NCBI RefSeq assembly: GCF_006345805.1
Contig: NC_043011.1
Span: 67,158,464 to 67,222,463, forward strand
Origin: Octopus sinensis
Lineage: Eukaryota
Direction of reading: 5' to 3'
Length of the DNA: 64,000 bases
In this document: positions 13,455 to 28,852 of the stretch, in pieces
Layout of the letters: every line of letters begins with the position of its first letter
Position numbering within the stretch: position 1 is the stretch's first letter
Notes under the pieces: generated by a model
Database searches by the model: none
The model's input: only the letters and a program-made list of their open reading frames with translations
What the model was told of the DNA's origin: nothing
Position numbers and translations under genes: made by a program

Positions 13455-14280
13455 TTTTAACATGGTAAAATGCAAGCAAGAGAAATAATATTCTTATTGC
13501 TATAAACCTGGAAAATTACACGTCCAATTATTACATTTGACCAAGCACAGGATAACTTATCATATCTAGTAAAGTACAGAACAAAAGTATTACATAAAAT
13601 ATTGCAGCTAAGGATAAAATTTCAAATAAAATATTTAGATTTCGAAAATACTAGCTTTTACTAAAATTAGAAACTATATTCTATGTGTTATTACTCGTTC
13701 TTTAAAAATGAAAAATACCTGAATTCAAATATTTTTGCACTTTCAAATGTTCTTTTTTTATAATTATTAATTATTAATTGGAAATTTGAAAATAGGTTAT
13801 ATAAATAAGTATTAGTACATAATTATCTAGTACAATAAATATAATATTAGTTATATATTACAGTAATATATAGAGTTGTTGCTTAAGTTATTGCCAAGTC
13901 TTCACAGTTTTAGCATTGACTCAATGCTTATTTTCTACATAAGGAACTTGCCTACTACATATTATTTTCTACTTTGCACGAAACGTTAGCTATACTGTTA
14001 CTTCTGGTTTTCATTTTTAAGCATTCTAGTGTGTCAATATTTTACCAGCATAATGATACGTTTTTCAATTATAGTGTTAGTTCATAAATTAAAATAAAAT
14101 AATTCTTAATATTCAAATAATAATGCTTAGCTGCAATATTCTAAGTAAAAGTTTTCTTGTTCTGTACTTTACCAGATGTATTAAGTTGTCCTGAACTTTT
14201 CCAGGTGTAATAATTTGTCCTGTAATTCCCGGGTTTATAATGTTAGGAATTTTATTTCTCTTGCTCTCATTTTTCCATAT
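13455..14280. repeat. Degenerate ~830-bp fold-back (MITE or foldback-like)
   Basis: Arm pairs include gcaagagaaataa/ttatttctcttgc, gtaaagtacagaacaa/ttgttctgtactttac, aatattgcagctaag/cttagctgcaatatt and ttaaaaatgaaaa/ttttcatttttaa. Confidence 0.75.
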
Positions 14281-15502
14281 AATCCATGTTTATCCAGACC
14301 ATGCTATTATGCTAATTAATAATGTCAAATATGTCAATTAGCAGTGTCGTTGATAACTTTTCCCTTATCGAAATGACGCGGGTGACATGTATTAAAAGTC
14401 CCTTTATAGAAATATATTCCTAAAAATGTATAGAACTATTTTACCACCCTCAAACTTGAGAAACAAACACTCATAACATTTTCCTTTCAAAACTTCATTG
14501 CATGCTATTGATACAGTGAACATTCGCGAAATGAGATCTATCATTTAAGCTTAATTATTATATAATTTGTTTTTAAAATAAAAAGTTAACAATACTTAAA
14601 TCCAATTTATGGCCTTCTATTTTTTGCATGATATTTTACCTCAGAACGTTTTTGATATAAATTTTTATTGCATGAGACCAAAACTATGAAATCCTTCATC
14701 GTTTCTTCTATCATTGAAGCTAAGATAAACATATTTTGCTTTAAAAAAAAAGTTATTTAGATTTAAATTGGTTGGTATTGCTACTTACTCTCCTAAAATG
14801 TCGCTAAAAATGTTTGATGTAAATTTTTTTCTACTGGATCAAATCTCGATTTCGTTATACTAAAATATAAGCTAGGGACCCGTCCTCTTCAAAAATGTTT
14901 ATAGTTTGCAATTTGGTTAATAACAGAATTAGCGACAAGCTCTGAAAGAATATTATTCAAGAATATTATTCAACTACTACCGTAGTCGAATGATTACCAT
15001 GGTGTACGAATTATGCAGTATCAGTTCATAAGATACTTAGAATACTATTTATCTTTTATCCTTATCTCTATTTTCAGGCAACACCTTGAAAGTTTTACAG
15101 GAACAAGTCGTCCACAATGCTTATTTGTTTCAAGTCTGGGACTCATTCTATTTGTATCACTTTTGCAGAAACGCTAGGTTACTGGGAGGTAAATAAAACC
15201 ATTTTTAGTTGTCAAGCACCGATGAGGGACAAACACAACTCATATAAAATGACACCCACACAGGTTCGTGCAAAAGTAGGTATACTGTTATGTAAAAGAA
15301 AACACGAACAATACACATTTATTTTAGTCAAAATCTTAAAAGCCATGATGAAACAATTATTATTATGATAAATGCATTGTTATGATTAATGACCAAATGC
15401 TGCCAACTAATTTAAGGTGCTAATAGTTTTAATGAAGTAAATATTATAACATTAACGTGATACTTCCTGTAAATCTATTTTTGCACACCTGTATGTATAT
15501 AT

Positions 15503-15544
<42 letters not shown>

Positions 15545-15551
<7 letters not shown>

Positions 15552-15830
15552 ATAATAGGGAATAAATCCAAATTTACAGGGAAGAATCAGATTTAGGATT
15601 GAATGCAATTTTATAGTAAAATATAATATAATATTAATTAGAGACAAAACCACTATTATGCAAATCAAACAAAGAAAGACTTAATCCAATACATAAAAAA
15701 TTTTATATAAATTAAATATAATTAATCTTAATTATATTTAATTTATATAAAATTTTTTTATGTATTGGATTAAGTCTTTCTTTGTTTGATTTGCATAATA
15801 GTGGTTTTGTCTCTATTTAATATTATATAT
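15545..15830. mobile_element. Mini fold-back made of a family-A-related PLE 3' terminus
   Basis: Left part resembles 2150-2300; near-perfect palindrome centred at ~15726, arms ~15630-15725 and 15728-15825; flanked by (TA)n. Confidence 0.8.
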
Positions 15831-16024
15831 ATATTATATATATATAATATATATATATAAACAGATAGACATGCGACAGGTTTTTTTTGTCTTCCTTTAT
15901 CGGGGATTGAACACGGAACCGTCTCGTTTGGAAGCAAACTTCGCAGCACACAGCAACACTTGCACCAGTTTGTTCACACTTGCATTATAGACTTAAATGA
16001 ATTTCGACATCTTTTCCAATGATA

Positions 16025-17316
16025 CGGGGGGCGTTCAATAAGTAATGCCCCTGACCCACTTCCCATAGCAGTAGAGCAACGACACTTGGCACAGTTATTA
16101 GTCATCTTTTACATAGGAACCACCCAGAGTTACGCATTTCTCCCATCGTTTGATGCAGCTCTAGAGACTGTTTTTGTAGAAGACCCCAGCTTGGTCCTCC
16201 AACCACGACCTGACTTCAGAAATCAAGGCTGCATCATCTGGGAAACGCTTTCCTTTCAAAAACAACTTCATGGCTGGGAAGAGGAGAAAATCAGAGGGTG
16301 CAAGGTCAGGAGAGAAGGGCGTTGGGGGAGGAGTTCATAGCCGCACGCCTGTGCTTCTGATCTGGCGACCATCGAGTTGTGGACCGGAGCGTTGTCCTGC
16401 AGGAGGAGGATGCCTTTGCTGATCTTGCCCTGCCTCTCGATTTTGATAGCTTCTCTTAATTTCCTCAAAAGTGAAGCATAATAGGCTCCTGTAATTGTGG
16501 TACCCTTTGCCAGGAAATCTGTCATCACTACTCCGTCCTGGTCCCAGAAGACTGTGAGCATGACCTTGCCATCGGAGGGCTGCACCCTTGCCTTCTTTGG
16601 AGGAGATGAGTCACGGTGCTTCCACTGCATTGACTGGGCTTTGGTCTCTGGATCATGGTGATGGACCCAGGTTTCATCCTGTGTAATCAGTCTTTTGAAA
16701 AATTTTGACTCATCTTCATGGCACATCTCCAAATTCATCCTCGAGCACTCGACGCGTTCTTGCTTCTGGAAAGGTGTGAGCAACATGGGAATCCATCTGT
16801 CAGACACCTTTTGCATATGCAAATGGTCATGAATGATAGTTTCCACAGACCCGGTACTAATCTTGACCTCATGGGCTATTTGGCGAATAGTTATGCGTCG
16901 ATCTTCCAAAATGGCAGCCTCAACTTGACGGACAGATGCCTTATCAATGGCAGAAGGAGGGTGACCAGATCTGGGGGCTGTTTCCACAGAGTTCCGACCA
17001 TGTTTGAATTCACGATGCCGGCGTTTTACAAGGTCATATGATGGGGCATCATTACCATAAGTTACTTTCATTTCATCAAAAGTCTCCCGTGGTGTGCGTC
17101 CTTTCAAATACAAAACCCGGATCACTGCTCGACACTCAACAGGCTCCATTTCACACTTGACTCAGTTCAAACACCTGTAAATCAGACACCACAAATAGTT
17201 TAGAGCTGTAATTTGCCACGTAATCTATAGAGATATAAATAATTGCACATGCAAAATTTCAGCAAGGTCAAACAACTACAAATGGGTCAGGGGCATTACT
17301 TACTGAACGTCCCTCG
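16025..17316 (-). mobile_element. Full-length mariner (Tc1/mariner, DD34D-type) transposon
   Basis: ~34-bp TIRs cggggggcgttcaataagtaatgcccctgaccca / tgggtcaggggcattacttactgaacgtccctcg, TA target duplication, 1.29 kb. Confidence 0.95.
16098..17149 (-). pseudogene. Mariner transposase with a frameshift near the YSPDLAP motif
   Basis: HTH N-terminus, WIPMLL, QDETW and QDNAPVH motifs; frame slips at LLPQRPS (~16320). Confidence 0.93.
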
Positions 17317-19169
17317 TATTTCTTCCTCGGAGATTTTTAACATTTTTCCTGAAGCATTTTACTAGTGGTTTTATCTTTGTTTGACCTGCAAGAAATCAGC
17401 AATCGCATCCCCTTCAAATTGCACACAACTTTCGAAAGATAAATGAGGTAAAATCTCAACGGAAGATCCTGTATCCTAGCCCTTGTGCCTGCAGAAACGA
17501 TAGCCATTTCTAAATTGAATAACAAATTACAGCTCTAGACGAAAGAAAGGAGGACACGCCGATTTAAAGAAGGATCATTTATGTTTCGGGAATGGTAAAG
17601 AGATCAAACCAGTCCTTATGATCTTGGATAAAGAAAAAAACAGCCTCTTAATAAAGAGGGATTATAAAAGTGACGGATGGGTCACGCGTGGAATTATTTT
17701 TGCCATAAAACTGCCTGATATTAGCGTCGTTTCAGGACAAAAGTACATAAAATCAACTGTGTTTCTGTCAATTAGGGACGTATACGTCGCAAATCCACAC
17801 TTGGAGAAAATTATTTTTATCAATACTTTGCATCATTTCGTTTTTCAAATATCATTTTATTTGGTTTTTATGACTCAAAATCATTAGTTGTGTTCGTGTT
17901 AATGATCTTACGAAATTAATGTTTTGAAATAAATATTTAAAAATATGCTCAATAATAAAAGAAAATATTCTATTTGCAGTGATCTTTAAAAATACTTTAC
18001 TATATTTGTTATTTCTATTATGGCGTTAGCGTAATATAATCAAACCTAAAAATTGTGAGAATTTAATTAACTCAACTTGACAATATAATTCGCCAACATT
18101 CCTTGCCAAACAAGCGATGAAAATCGTATGATTTGAAAATAAGACTCAAATTTGTCAGAGACTCGTAGAGACGATATTTGAAGTGTCTTGCATGACAGCA
18201 ATCAACATCAAATTATACTCCATAATTTATAGTTGGACATGGCAATTAAAGCATTATGCTAACATCATCGAAGGTTGTTCACAAAGTTTTGTTCCTTATT
18301 ATTTGGTACAGAGGGCAGTGAGCTGGCAGAATTTTTAGCACGCCAGGTAAAATGCTTAGCGCTAGCATAAAAAAAAACAATCCTTTCTAAACCAATGGAA
18401 TGCCCAAGCATCAGTAAATTGGCTTTAATATATAATCTTCATCTTATCATTTTACACTCTTTATATTCCATTTCCCACCTCTTTTTTACTTTATCTACTC
18501 GCTTAGGTTTGATATACTGAAAAATAATGGCATCATAATCTGCAGAAAATTTCAGACACGACTTTTTAGAAGAATTCTGGTGTCTTCTATGTCAGGCTAA
18601 TTTACTGAAAGGAATTGGTAGAAAGCATTAAGTGAAAATCCTTCGACGTAGTTATAAAAAAAAAAACTTTTATTTTCTCTTTCACTCAAAGAATGATACC
18701 CTTATTTATTAACAGAGTGATAATATTCAATTCAGCTCGAATCAAATCCAATATATAACTGGTATGTTATTCGATGGTATAAATGGTGCACGGGCGCATT
18801 AGAATTATCCCAATTTCAACAACGCATCTACATGAGAAAGTGATTTTAGTGCATTAAGGCATGTATATATTATAAATGTGTTTGTAGGACGCCGGATGAA
18901 ATCTGGGACAATTTCCTAAGAATAAAAATGGGTTTTATGTACTATCTAATCTTTATGCTATGAAATACATTGTTTTCACTATCTGTGGAAAGAAAATATA
19001 ACTGACTTCACTAAGATTTCAATTCAGGACAAATGCGAACGAAACTAAAACGTCCTTGCATGCATTTCTTACAGCTTGTGCTTCTTTTCCCTATATTTTA
19101 AATAAATAATACATATTCTAATACCCTTATAGTGCAGTTCACTTAGCTAGCGAAAATGAATAGGACCTG

Positions 19170-19345
19170 TATTTCAAAGGCCCAACCTTGTCAAGTCCTG
19201 CGTCACGCTAAATCTCCCTGAGAGCTGTATCAACAGTGCGCATATCTGCGGAGTATTCAGCCACTTGCACGCTAATTTCAGTTGCAGGCTATTCCGTTGA
19301 TCGGATGAAACTGGAACCCTCGCCGTCGTAAATGACGGCGTGTCT
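19170..19345 (+). repeat. Interspersed repeat fragment (SINE or LINE tail)
   Basis: GC-richer island ending in a cgccgtc..gacggcg hairpin; resembles a common cephalopod repeat (from recall only). Confidence 0.4.
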
Positions 19346-19663
19346 GTATTGTAAACCATAAATCGATAAATAAATTATTATATAATGCAAATTGTACATC
19401 TTGGGTTCAATGTTGTATGAGATGGTATGTTTGCATCATTAATTCCTCTGACACCGGCTCCTCAATTACATCATCTTACATCAGCATTTTCTCTTTCCTC
19501 TCATCATTAAGAAATTACATCCATTTCTTATTATCTGTTTTTCAATCCAATTATGCCTTAACTCTTTGTCTACACTCTTCTATAACAACTCTCACATTTT
19601 CCACTTTGCAATATTGCCTACATTATATACTCATCTTCATATCCCACCGTTCTTCTAATGATA

Positions 19664-19715
<52 letters not shown>

Positions 19716-21374
19716 ACTCTCGTTTTCACTGCATCACTTTTCTTCTTCTTCTTCTTCTAATCAACAATACCTCCACTCTCTCTCTCTCTCGCCCTCTTTC
19801 TCTCTCTTTTATTTCTCTTTTATTCTCTCATTTATTCCCACTTCTGACATCCTGATTTATCCTCTCATTGCAAGCATCATACTTTCTCTTTCCCCTGTTA
19901 GGCTAGTTTTCTTATATCCCCCTTCTTTTTCTCTCTCTTGCATTTTCCTTTCTATCATTCTCTTTACCGATCTCTTCACTGATAGTTTATCTATTTCATC
20001 GTCAAAATCGGAGAAATTTATTGAAAATTAGAGATAAATTAATATATCTATTTTCCATTTCATTCAAAGCAGCCGACAGAACAATATTTGCCTAATGAAC
20101 GCAAATGAGATAGAACATTACGTCTATTATGAACAAACTGAACTAAGACTTCCACAAATAATATGATGCAATGTTATTGAAACTACATTTCCATTCAAAA
20201 CTGTATTCACATTAATATATAAGAAAAAATTCAGTAAAATAAATTCATATTTAGCACGAATATCTGTTTATAGATGTAAATTTTAATCAATCTCTCTAGC
20301 AAGGTATCTATAGATCTCTATATCTGTCTATCTAGCAAGATATCAACTATTTTATCTACCTATCTATCCACGTATATATCTATTCATCTATCTATCTGTT
20401 AACCAATCTATCTCACTCTCCACCTCTTTACCAATTTACGTATTCCATTCAATATCCTTATATAACACTAAACAAAGGGTTGGGGACTAAAGAGTCGTAG
20501 ATCGCTCAATTGAGTAGATTATTAAGTTATTTTCTGTCATTAGTTCAAATCCCACGGGAACAAAGGAATAAAACTTTACGTTTTTATCATTTCTGGATCG
20601 ATAAATAAAGTCGAGAGGTGGGTTCGTTTCTTCTTTTATTTATGTTTTCCATCGCTATAAACCGTCCTCCAGCCTGGACGCATTGAATATCCGATTTGCA
20701 TTTAGAATTGCGTTACACCTACTACTACCAGTAGCAGATGTAATTCTTCTCACAAGAACTAATTCAACTGGGCTTACAATTGAATATGTATGTATGTATG
20801 CCTGTATTATTGTTTATAAGTATGCATGTATGTATGTATATCGTTATATATGTATGTATATATATATATATTTGTGTGTGTGCGTGTTTTTGTGCGTGTG
20901 TCTATGGATATATAGACATTTGCCCACTCACAAAGTTTCCTACGAAATTCGATTACCGAACTGGCTAGAAAAAAGTATTCTGCAGAGAAGCAGAACTTAG
21001 ATGTCGTCTGAATACTAAATAACTCGGTGTCCCGATTGAGATTTCAGTGTTAAAGCTCGCTTAAACTTGTGTCAGCAAAGATTATTTTGGTAGACAAACT
21101 AAATAGAACTCTTTCTTCCGAAAACAACATCGTACACATATATTTTATATTAATACATACGTATGCGCATGCGTATGTTCCTGGATGCGTTAGTGTATAT
21201 GTTATTTCTTTTTTGTTTTATTTGATGCAGTGATTGAACTTCAAAGGTAAGGTATAGTCGAAGACAGATCGAAGTCTGTACTTATTTTGAAAGTTCTTAT
21301 TCTACCGAGCCCGTTTTGCTGAACCGTTAAATTTTTCCAGCGGCGGCGAGCGCACAAACACAAGCAGAACGACC

Positions 21375-21732
21375 TCATGTTTCCGGGTTCAGTCCCACTG
21401 CGTATCACCTTCGGCAAGTGTCTTCTACTATAGCTTCGGACCAACAGAAGCCTTCTGAGTGAATCTGGTAAACAGAAAGTGGAAGAAACCCGTCCTACAT
21501 ACATGTGTGTGAGTGCCTGCGTGTATGTGTGTGCATATGTCTGCCTGTCCGTGTGTGTGCACACGACATCGCTTCCCCGTAACTTAGCAGTTCGGCAAAA
21601 GACACCACTAGAATAAGTATTAGGCTTATAATGAATAAGTCCTGGGGTCGATTTGTTAGGCCAACACCCTTTAAAGCGTTGCTCCAGCATGGGGGCAGTC
21701 AAATGACTGAAACAAGTAGAAGAGTAAAACAG
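21375..21732 (+). mobile_element. tRNA-derived SINE (family S1), 5'-truncated
   Basis: B-box-like gggttcagtccc, body homologous to 47332-47782, tail cagtcaaatgactgaaacaagta. Confidence 0.85.
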
Positions 21733-22331
21733 TACAACTATATTATCAGAATATTGTCAATTGGAAACTGAGCCGCATAGGGGATGTCAACTCGAATTTC
21801 ATACTAGCTGCCCAATACTTCTTCTTGGTCTGTATGGAATTGTGGGGTTGGGGAGTTGTGTGAATGCATGTGTGAATCCGCGTGTTTTAGTGATTCTTGT
21901 GTTGCACTTATGAGCAGGATATCGTAGGGTTCGATTCCCAGTAAGGTTACTATTTTCATTTCATTCTTGCTTTTTTCCTTCTTAACTCAGAATGACTTGT
22001 CGATCACTACTAACATTAATGAGCTTTGTACATTCAAACTAACTGATATACAATTTTAATATTACTGACTGCCATGAACATTGAAACTTGTATCTGTCCT
22101 CCTAATTCATAATGCTAAATCTATCTGTTTTGGGCATTTTAATTTGTCAACGTTGAAACTTTTAAAGATGTTTACCTAATTCATAATTCTAAACTTTTGC
22201 CATTGATAAACAAAAAATATTGTTGAAACAAATTTGGTATATATGTGAATAAATGTATTTTAACAATTACAAGTTTTTCAAATTTAGGTGCATTTCAACA
22301 ACACATTTGCCTACACACACACACACATATA

Positions 22332-22493
<162 letters not shown>

Positions 22494-22586
22494 ATTATAT
22501 GTAGGTCCCGGGTTGATTCGGGGTTAACCACAGTAAATAAGGTACACAATACATAGCAGAGTAAAATTAATTTATTATATAGAAGG

Positions 22587-22637
22587 AGCTTCTACAGGAC
22601 TAGAACTGTTTCATTCAAGAGAAATCTTCAGGAAGCT
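22587..22637 (-). ncRNA. Type I hammerhead (family B)
   Basis: Reverse complement agcttc-CTGAAGA-tttctcttgaat-GAAA-cag(ttctagtc)ctg-TA-gaagct. Confidence 0.8.
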
Positions 22638-22785
22638 AGTTAACAAGAATTGTATTGGCATTTATACATTTAGGCAGGTTTAAAGGGGTGTTGTGGGGGA
22701 CTTTTTTGGGGGTAGGCATAGCGCAAAAAATCATACTTGGGGGAGTGGTCAAGGAGTCAGTGTTAAATTAGATAGGAGAATAAAT

Positions 22786-22843
<58 letters not shown>

Positions 22844-22925
22844 TAAAAAAAAATAGAAAATAAAAAAATATAAAAAAATAAAAAAATAAAAATAAAAAAA
22901 TAAAAAAATAAAAATAAAAAATAAA

Positions 22926-22976
<51 letters not shown>

Positions 22977-23867
22977 GGGGAATAGAGTTTTAGGTAAATA
23001 AGGAGATTCTCACTTATACCTCTACACATACACACATATATATACAATCACACATACATATACATATCTACACATACACATATATATGTATACATACACA
23101 CACTCACTTGCATACACGTATACACACATGTATATATACACACACGACCACACATACATATACACACAGAAAAATATATATATACACATACACACACATC
23201 TACTCACATACACGCATACACACACAAATCCATACACACACTCACATGCACACACAGCACACTAGTCCCTATATACACATATATACACATACACACATAT
23301 ATATACACCCACACACACACATACATACCCATATATATACATACATACACATACATATACACATATATATACATACACATATATATATATATACACATAT
23401 ATATACATATGTGTACCCATGCATACCTACACATACACACATATATATACATATACAAATACAGACCCTTCCCTAATTTTAATTTTATTATCTTCGTTTA
23501 TTACTTTTGTTATCTTTGGCCGCTTGGTCACAAACATCTTGGCTATGACAGCCAGACCATTTATCCGTTCACTGGAAAACAATTACTCATTCACTCACGC
23601 ACACTCATTAGCACGTACACTCACTCATTCGTACACTCATACGCATACACGCACGCACGCGTTATATTCATACATACGTACATCTACATACATTCACGTA
23701 TATACACATACGTACGCGTACCTACAGATTCATGTCTACACTCTTAGAAGGCTAGTCTATACATATACACCAATAAATATAAATACACACACATACATGT
23801 ACACCTACATACAAATACATACATGTACATATATATATATATATATATATATTTATTATATAGAAGG

Positions 23868-23918
23868 AGCTTCTACAGGACTAGTACTGTTTCATTCAAG
23901 AGAAATCTTCAGGAAGCT
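23868..23918 (-). ncRNA. Type I hammerhead (family B)
   Basis: Same motif, stem III cag(tactagtc)ctg. Confidence 0.8.
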
Positions 23919-24217
23919 ATTTAACAAGAATTGTATTAGCATTTATACATTTAGGCAGGTTTAAAGGAGTGGTGGTGGGGGACTTTTTTGGGGGTAGGCA
24001 TAGCGCAAAATATCGTACTTGGGGGAGTGGTCAAGGAGTCAGTGGTAAGTTAGGTGAAAGAATAGATAAATAAAAAAATAAAATAAAAAATAAAAAATAA
24101 AAAATAAAAAATAAAAAAATATAAAATGTGTGCACATACATACATAAACACATATACATACACACACACATACATACGTACACATGTGTGCCTATACATA
24201 CCTACACATACACACAT

Positions 24218-24274
<57 letters not shown>

Positions 24275-24600
24275 ATCCAATACAGGCCCATTCCTTAATT
24301 TTAATTTTATTATCTTCTTATTACTTTTGTTATCTTGATCGCTAGAGCTAAGGATCCTGGCGATGGCAGCATGTCCAAGTTGTCTGTCTACTAGAAGGCA
24401 AGTACTCGTTCCCGCACGCACACTCATTAGCACGTACATACACCCATTCGTACACTCATACACATACACGTACGCACGCGTTATATTCATACATACAAAC
24501 ATCTACATACGTTCACGTATATACACATACGTACTCGTACCTACAGATTCATGTCTACACTTTAGGAGGCTAGTCTATATATATACACCAATAATATACA

Positions 24601-24633
<33 letters not shown>

Positions 24634-25028
24634 TATATTATATACACATATACACATACACACACACACATATATATACTCCTACATACAGATACATACC
24701 TATATATATATATATATATATACCCACACATACATGTACATATATATATATACATATACATACATATATATATATATATATACATATACACATACACATA
24801 TACATACATACATACACACACACCCATATATATACACACACATACATACACATATATATACATACACAAACATATATACACACATATATATATATATATA
24901 TACATATATACACACATACATACACACACCTACATACATATACACACAAACACATACATACGTAAACATACATACATACATCCATACATCCATACTTACA
25001 TGCACTTATACGCATACACACACCCCCA

Positions 25029-25075
<47 letters not shown>

Positions 25076-25898
25076 TCACACATACATATACAAATATACG
25101 CCCACACATACATACATACATACACGTATACGCATACACGCACATACACATATACATGCGTACCCATACACGTGCCCACACGCACATGCATCCATATGTA
25201 TACACACAACACATATATACACGTGTGCAAGCATACATACATACTCATACACGCACAATACTTACATATACATATATGCACACACTTACACACATATATA
25301 CATACACATATACATGCATACATACATATATGCATACATACACATACACGCACATACACATATACACATGCGTACCCATACACGTGCACGCACGCACGCG
25401 CATCCATATATATACACACGCACACATATATATACACGTGTGCAAGCATACATACATACTCATACACGCGCACATACTTACATATACATATATGCACACA
25501 CTTCCACACATATATACATACACATATACATGCATACATACATATATGCATACATACACACACGCGCACTCATATATACATATATATATATATATACACA
25601 CAACATACACATATATACAATACATATATATATATATATATATATATACATAATATATATATACACATATACACATACACACATATACATACATATACAC
25701 ATACATTATATACACATATACACATACACATACATGCACACATACACACACATACACATACACATACATACAATATATATATATATATATATACACATAT
25801 ATACACACACATACACATATACACATACATATATACACACATACATACATATACATACACACACACATACATATATACACGGATACACATACCCATAC

Positions 25899-25935
<37 letters not shown>

Positions 25936-26148
25936 TATACACATGCATATACTTATATCTCTACATACTCACATATAAACATATATATATATACACACAC
26001 ACATATATATACATGTACACACACATACACATATACATACATATATACACATACACACATACATATATATATATATATATACACATACATATACATATAT
26101 ATACATATATATATATACATATATATACATATACCCCCACATATATAC

Positions 26149-26189
<41 letters not shown>

Positions 26190-26897
26190 TACATATACAC
26201 ATATACATGTATACATACGCAATAATGATACACATATATACACATACACACACACAGACAGATGCATATACATACATATATATATAAAAATTACATATCT
26301 ATATAAATACATACATAATACACATATACACACACATATATACATACATATACATACATATATATATATATATATACACATACATATATATACATACATA
26401 TACATATATATACATATACACATACACATGCACATACATATACAAATATACATACACATGCATACACACACACGCGCGCACATACATATACACACACACA
26501 TATACAAATACATACATACACACATACACACACACACATATATATACATACATGTACACATACACATATATATATATATCAACAAGGGAGGGTAAAGTTA
26601 ATTAGTTATTAATCAAATTCACCAAGAATTCAGTATGTAAAGGGACCATTATTATTTTGAGTAAACAATGTTAGAGGGAAAAAATTCTCTAAGTAGTGGA
26701 AGAGGCTAAAAACCTTTCTTGGCTGCTATTTCTAGAAAGTTTAGTATGTGGCAAAGTAATTTATTTTATTTTACTAAGCCCTAATTATATAATATTTATA
26801 CATACATACACATACAAAAACACATACATTTACACGTATATACACATATACGTACAAACACATATACATATATACACACACACGCACACATACAAGC

Positions 26898-26929
<32 letters not shown>

Positions 26930-27379
26930 TCATATATGCAAACATATATACATATATATATTTTTTTACATGCATACATACACACACACACACATAATAC
27001 ATGCGTATATTCCTACTGTACCCATGCATTTCTATACATATATACATACATACGATACACATATACAAGCGTGCACATACAATATGTGAAAGGTCTTAGG
27101 AGAAAAGGTAATCGGGGGTGCTAGGGGAACAGTGGGGTTGGGGGGGGTTTGTAGGGGGGGGGGGGGTTGTCATCAATCAGGTTACCGGGTAGGTCTATAG
27201 TTCTTGTAGTTCGCATACTTCTTATGCATGCAATTAGGGGAGTGTTCTGAAAATTTGTTAAGGAGAGGGCCTTTGGCGAACAAGATCTCTAGGCTCTCTG
27301 ATATGCATAGGTCACAGCAGGTATGTCCTCCTGTGTACGAGCGCGCCTTCTGTAGTAGTTTCCACTTGGTCTTGAAGGG

Positions 27380-27569
27380 GACCAAGTGGAAACTACTACA
27401 GAAGGCGCGCTCGTACACAGGAGGACATACCTGCTGTGACCTATGCATATCAGAGAGCCTAGAGATCTTGTTCGCCAAAGGCCCTCTCCTTAACAAATTT
27501 TCAGAACACTCCCCTAATTGCATGCATAAGAAGTATGCGAACTACAAGAACTATAGACCTACCCGGTAA
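27380..27569 (+). pseudogene. C-terminal fragment of a Penelope-like GIY-YIG domain (mirror copy at 27182-27371 on -)
   Basis: KWKLLQKARSYTGGHTCCDLCISESLEIL...LLNKFSE...CMH aligns with the family A segment WEIICKTKSYTIGANCCYLCSNE...LLN...CRH. Confidence 0.8.
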
Positions 27570-27813
27570 CCTGATTGATGACAACCCCCCCTACAAACCC
27601 CCCCAACCCCACTGTTCCCCTAGCACCCCCGATTACCTTTTCTCCTAAGACCTTTCACATATTGTATGTGCACGCTTGTATATGTGTATCGTATGTATGT
27701 ATATATGTATAGAAATGCATGGGTACAGTAGGAATATACGCATATATTATGTTGTGTGTGGTGTATGTATGCATGTAAAAAAATATATATATATGTATAT
27801 ATGTTTGCATATA

Positions 27814-27850
<37 letters not shown>

Positions 27851-28563
27851 GCTTGTATGTGTGCGTGCGTGTGTGTGTATATATGTATATGTGTTTGTAC
27901 GTATATGTGTATATACGTGTAAATGTATGTGTTTTTGTATGTGTATGTATGTATAAAATTATATAATTAGGGCTTAGTAAAATAAAATAATTACTTTGCC
28001 ACATACTAAACTTTCTAGAAATAGCAGCAGCAAGAAAGGTTTTTAGCCTCTTCCACTACTTAGAGAATTTTTTCCCTCTAACATTGTTTACTCAAAAAAT
28101 AATGGTCCCTTTACATACTGAATTCTTGGTGAATTTGATTAATAACTAATTAACTTTACCCTCCCTTGTTGATATATATATATATGTGTATGTGTACATG
28201 TATGTATATATGTGTGTGTGTGTGTTGTTGTGTGTATGTATGTATTTGTATATGGTGTGTGTATATGTATGTGCGCGCGTGTGTGTGTATGCATGTGTAT
28301 GTATATTTGTATATGTATGTGCATGTGTATGTGTATATGTATATATATGTATATGTATGTATATATGTATGTGTATATATATAATATATATATGTATGTA
28401 TATGTATGTATATATGTGTGTGTATATGTGTATTATGTATGTATTTATATAGATGTAATGTATTTTTATATATATATGTATGTATATGCATCTGTCTGTG
28501 TGTGTGTATGTGTATATATGTGTATCATTATTGCGTATGTATACATGTATATGTGTATATGTA

Positions 28564-28604
<41 letters not shown>

Positions 28605-28821
28605 GTATATATGTGGGGGTATATGTATATATATGTATATATATATATATGTATATATATGTATATGTATGTGTATATATATATATATATATGTATGTGT
28701 GTATGTGTATATATGTATGTATATGTGTATGTGTGTGTACATGTATATATATGTGTGTGTGTATATATATATATATGTTTATATGTGAGTATGTAGAGAT
28801 ATAAGTATATGCATGTGTATA

Positions 28822-28852
<31 letters not shown>

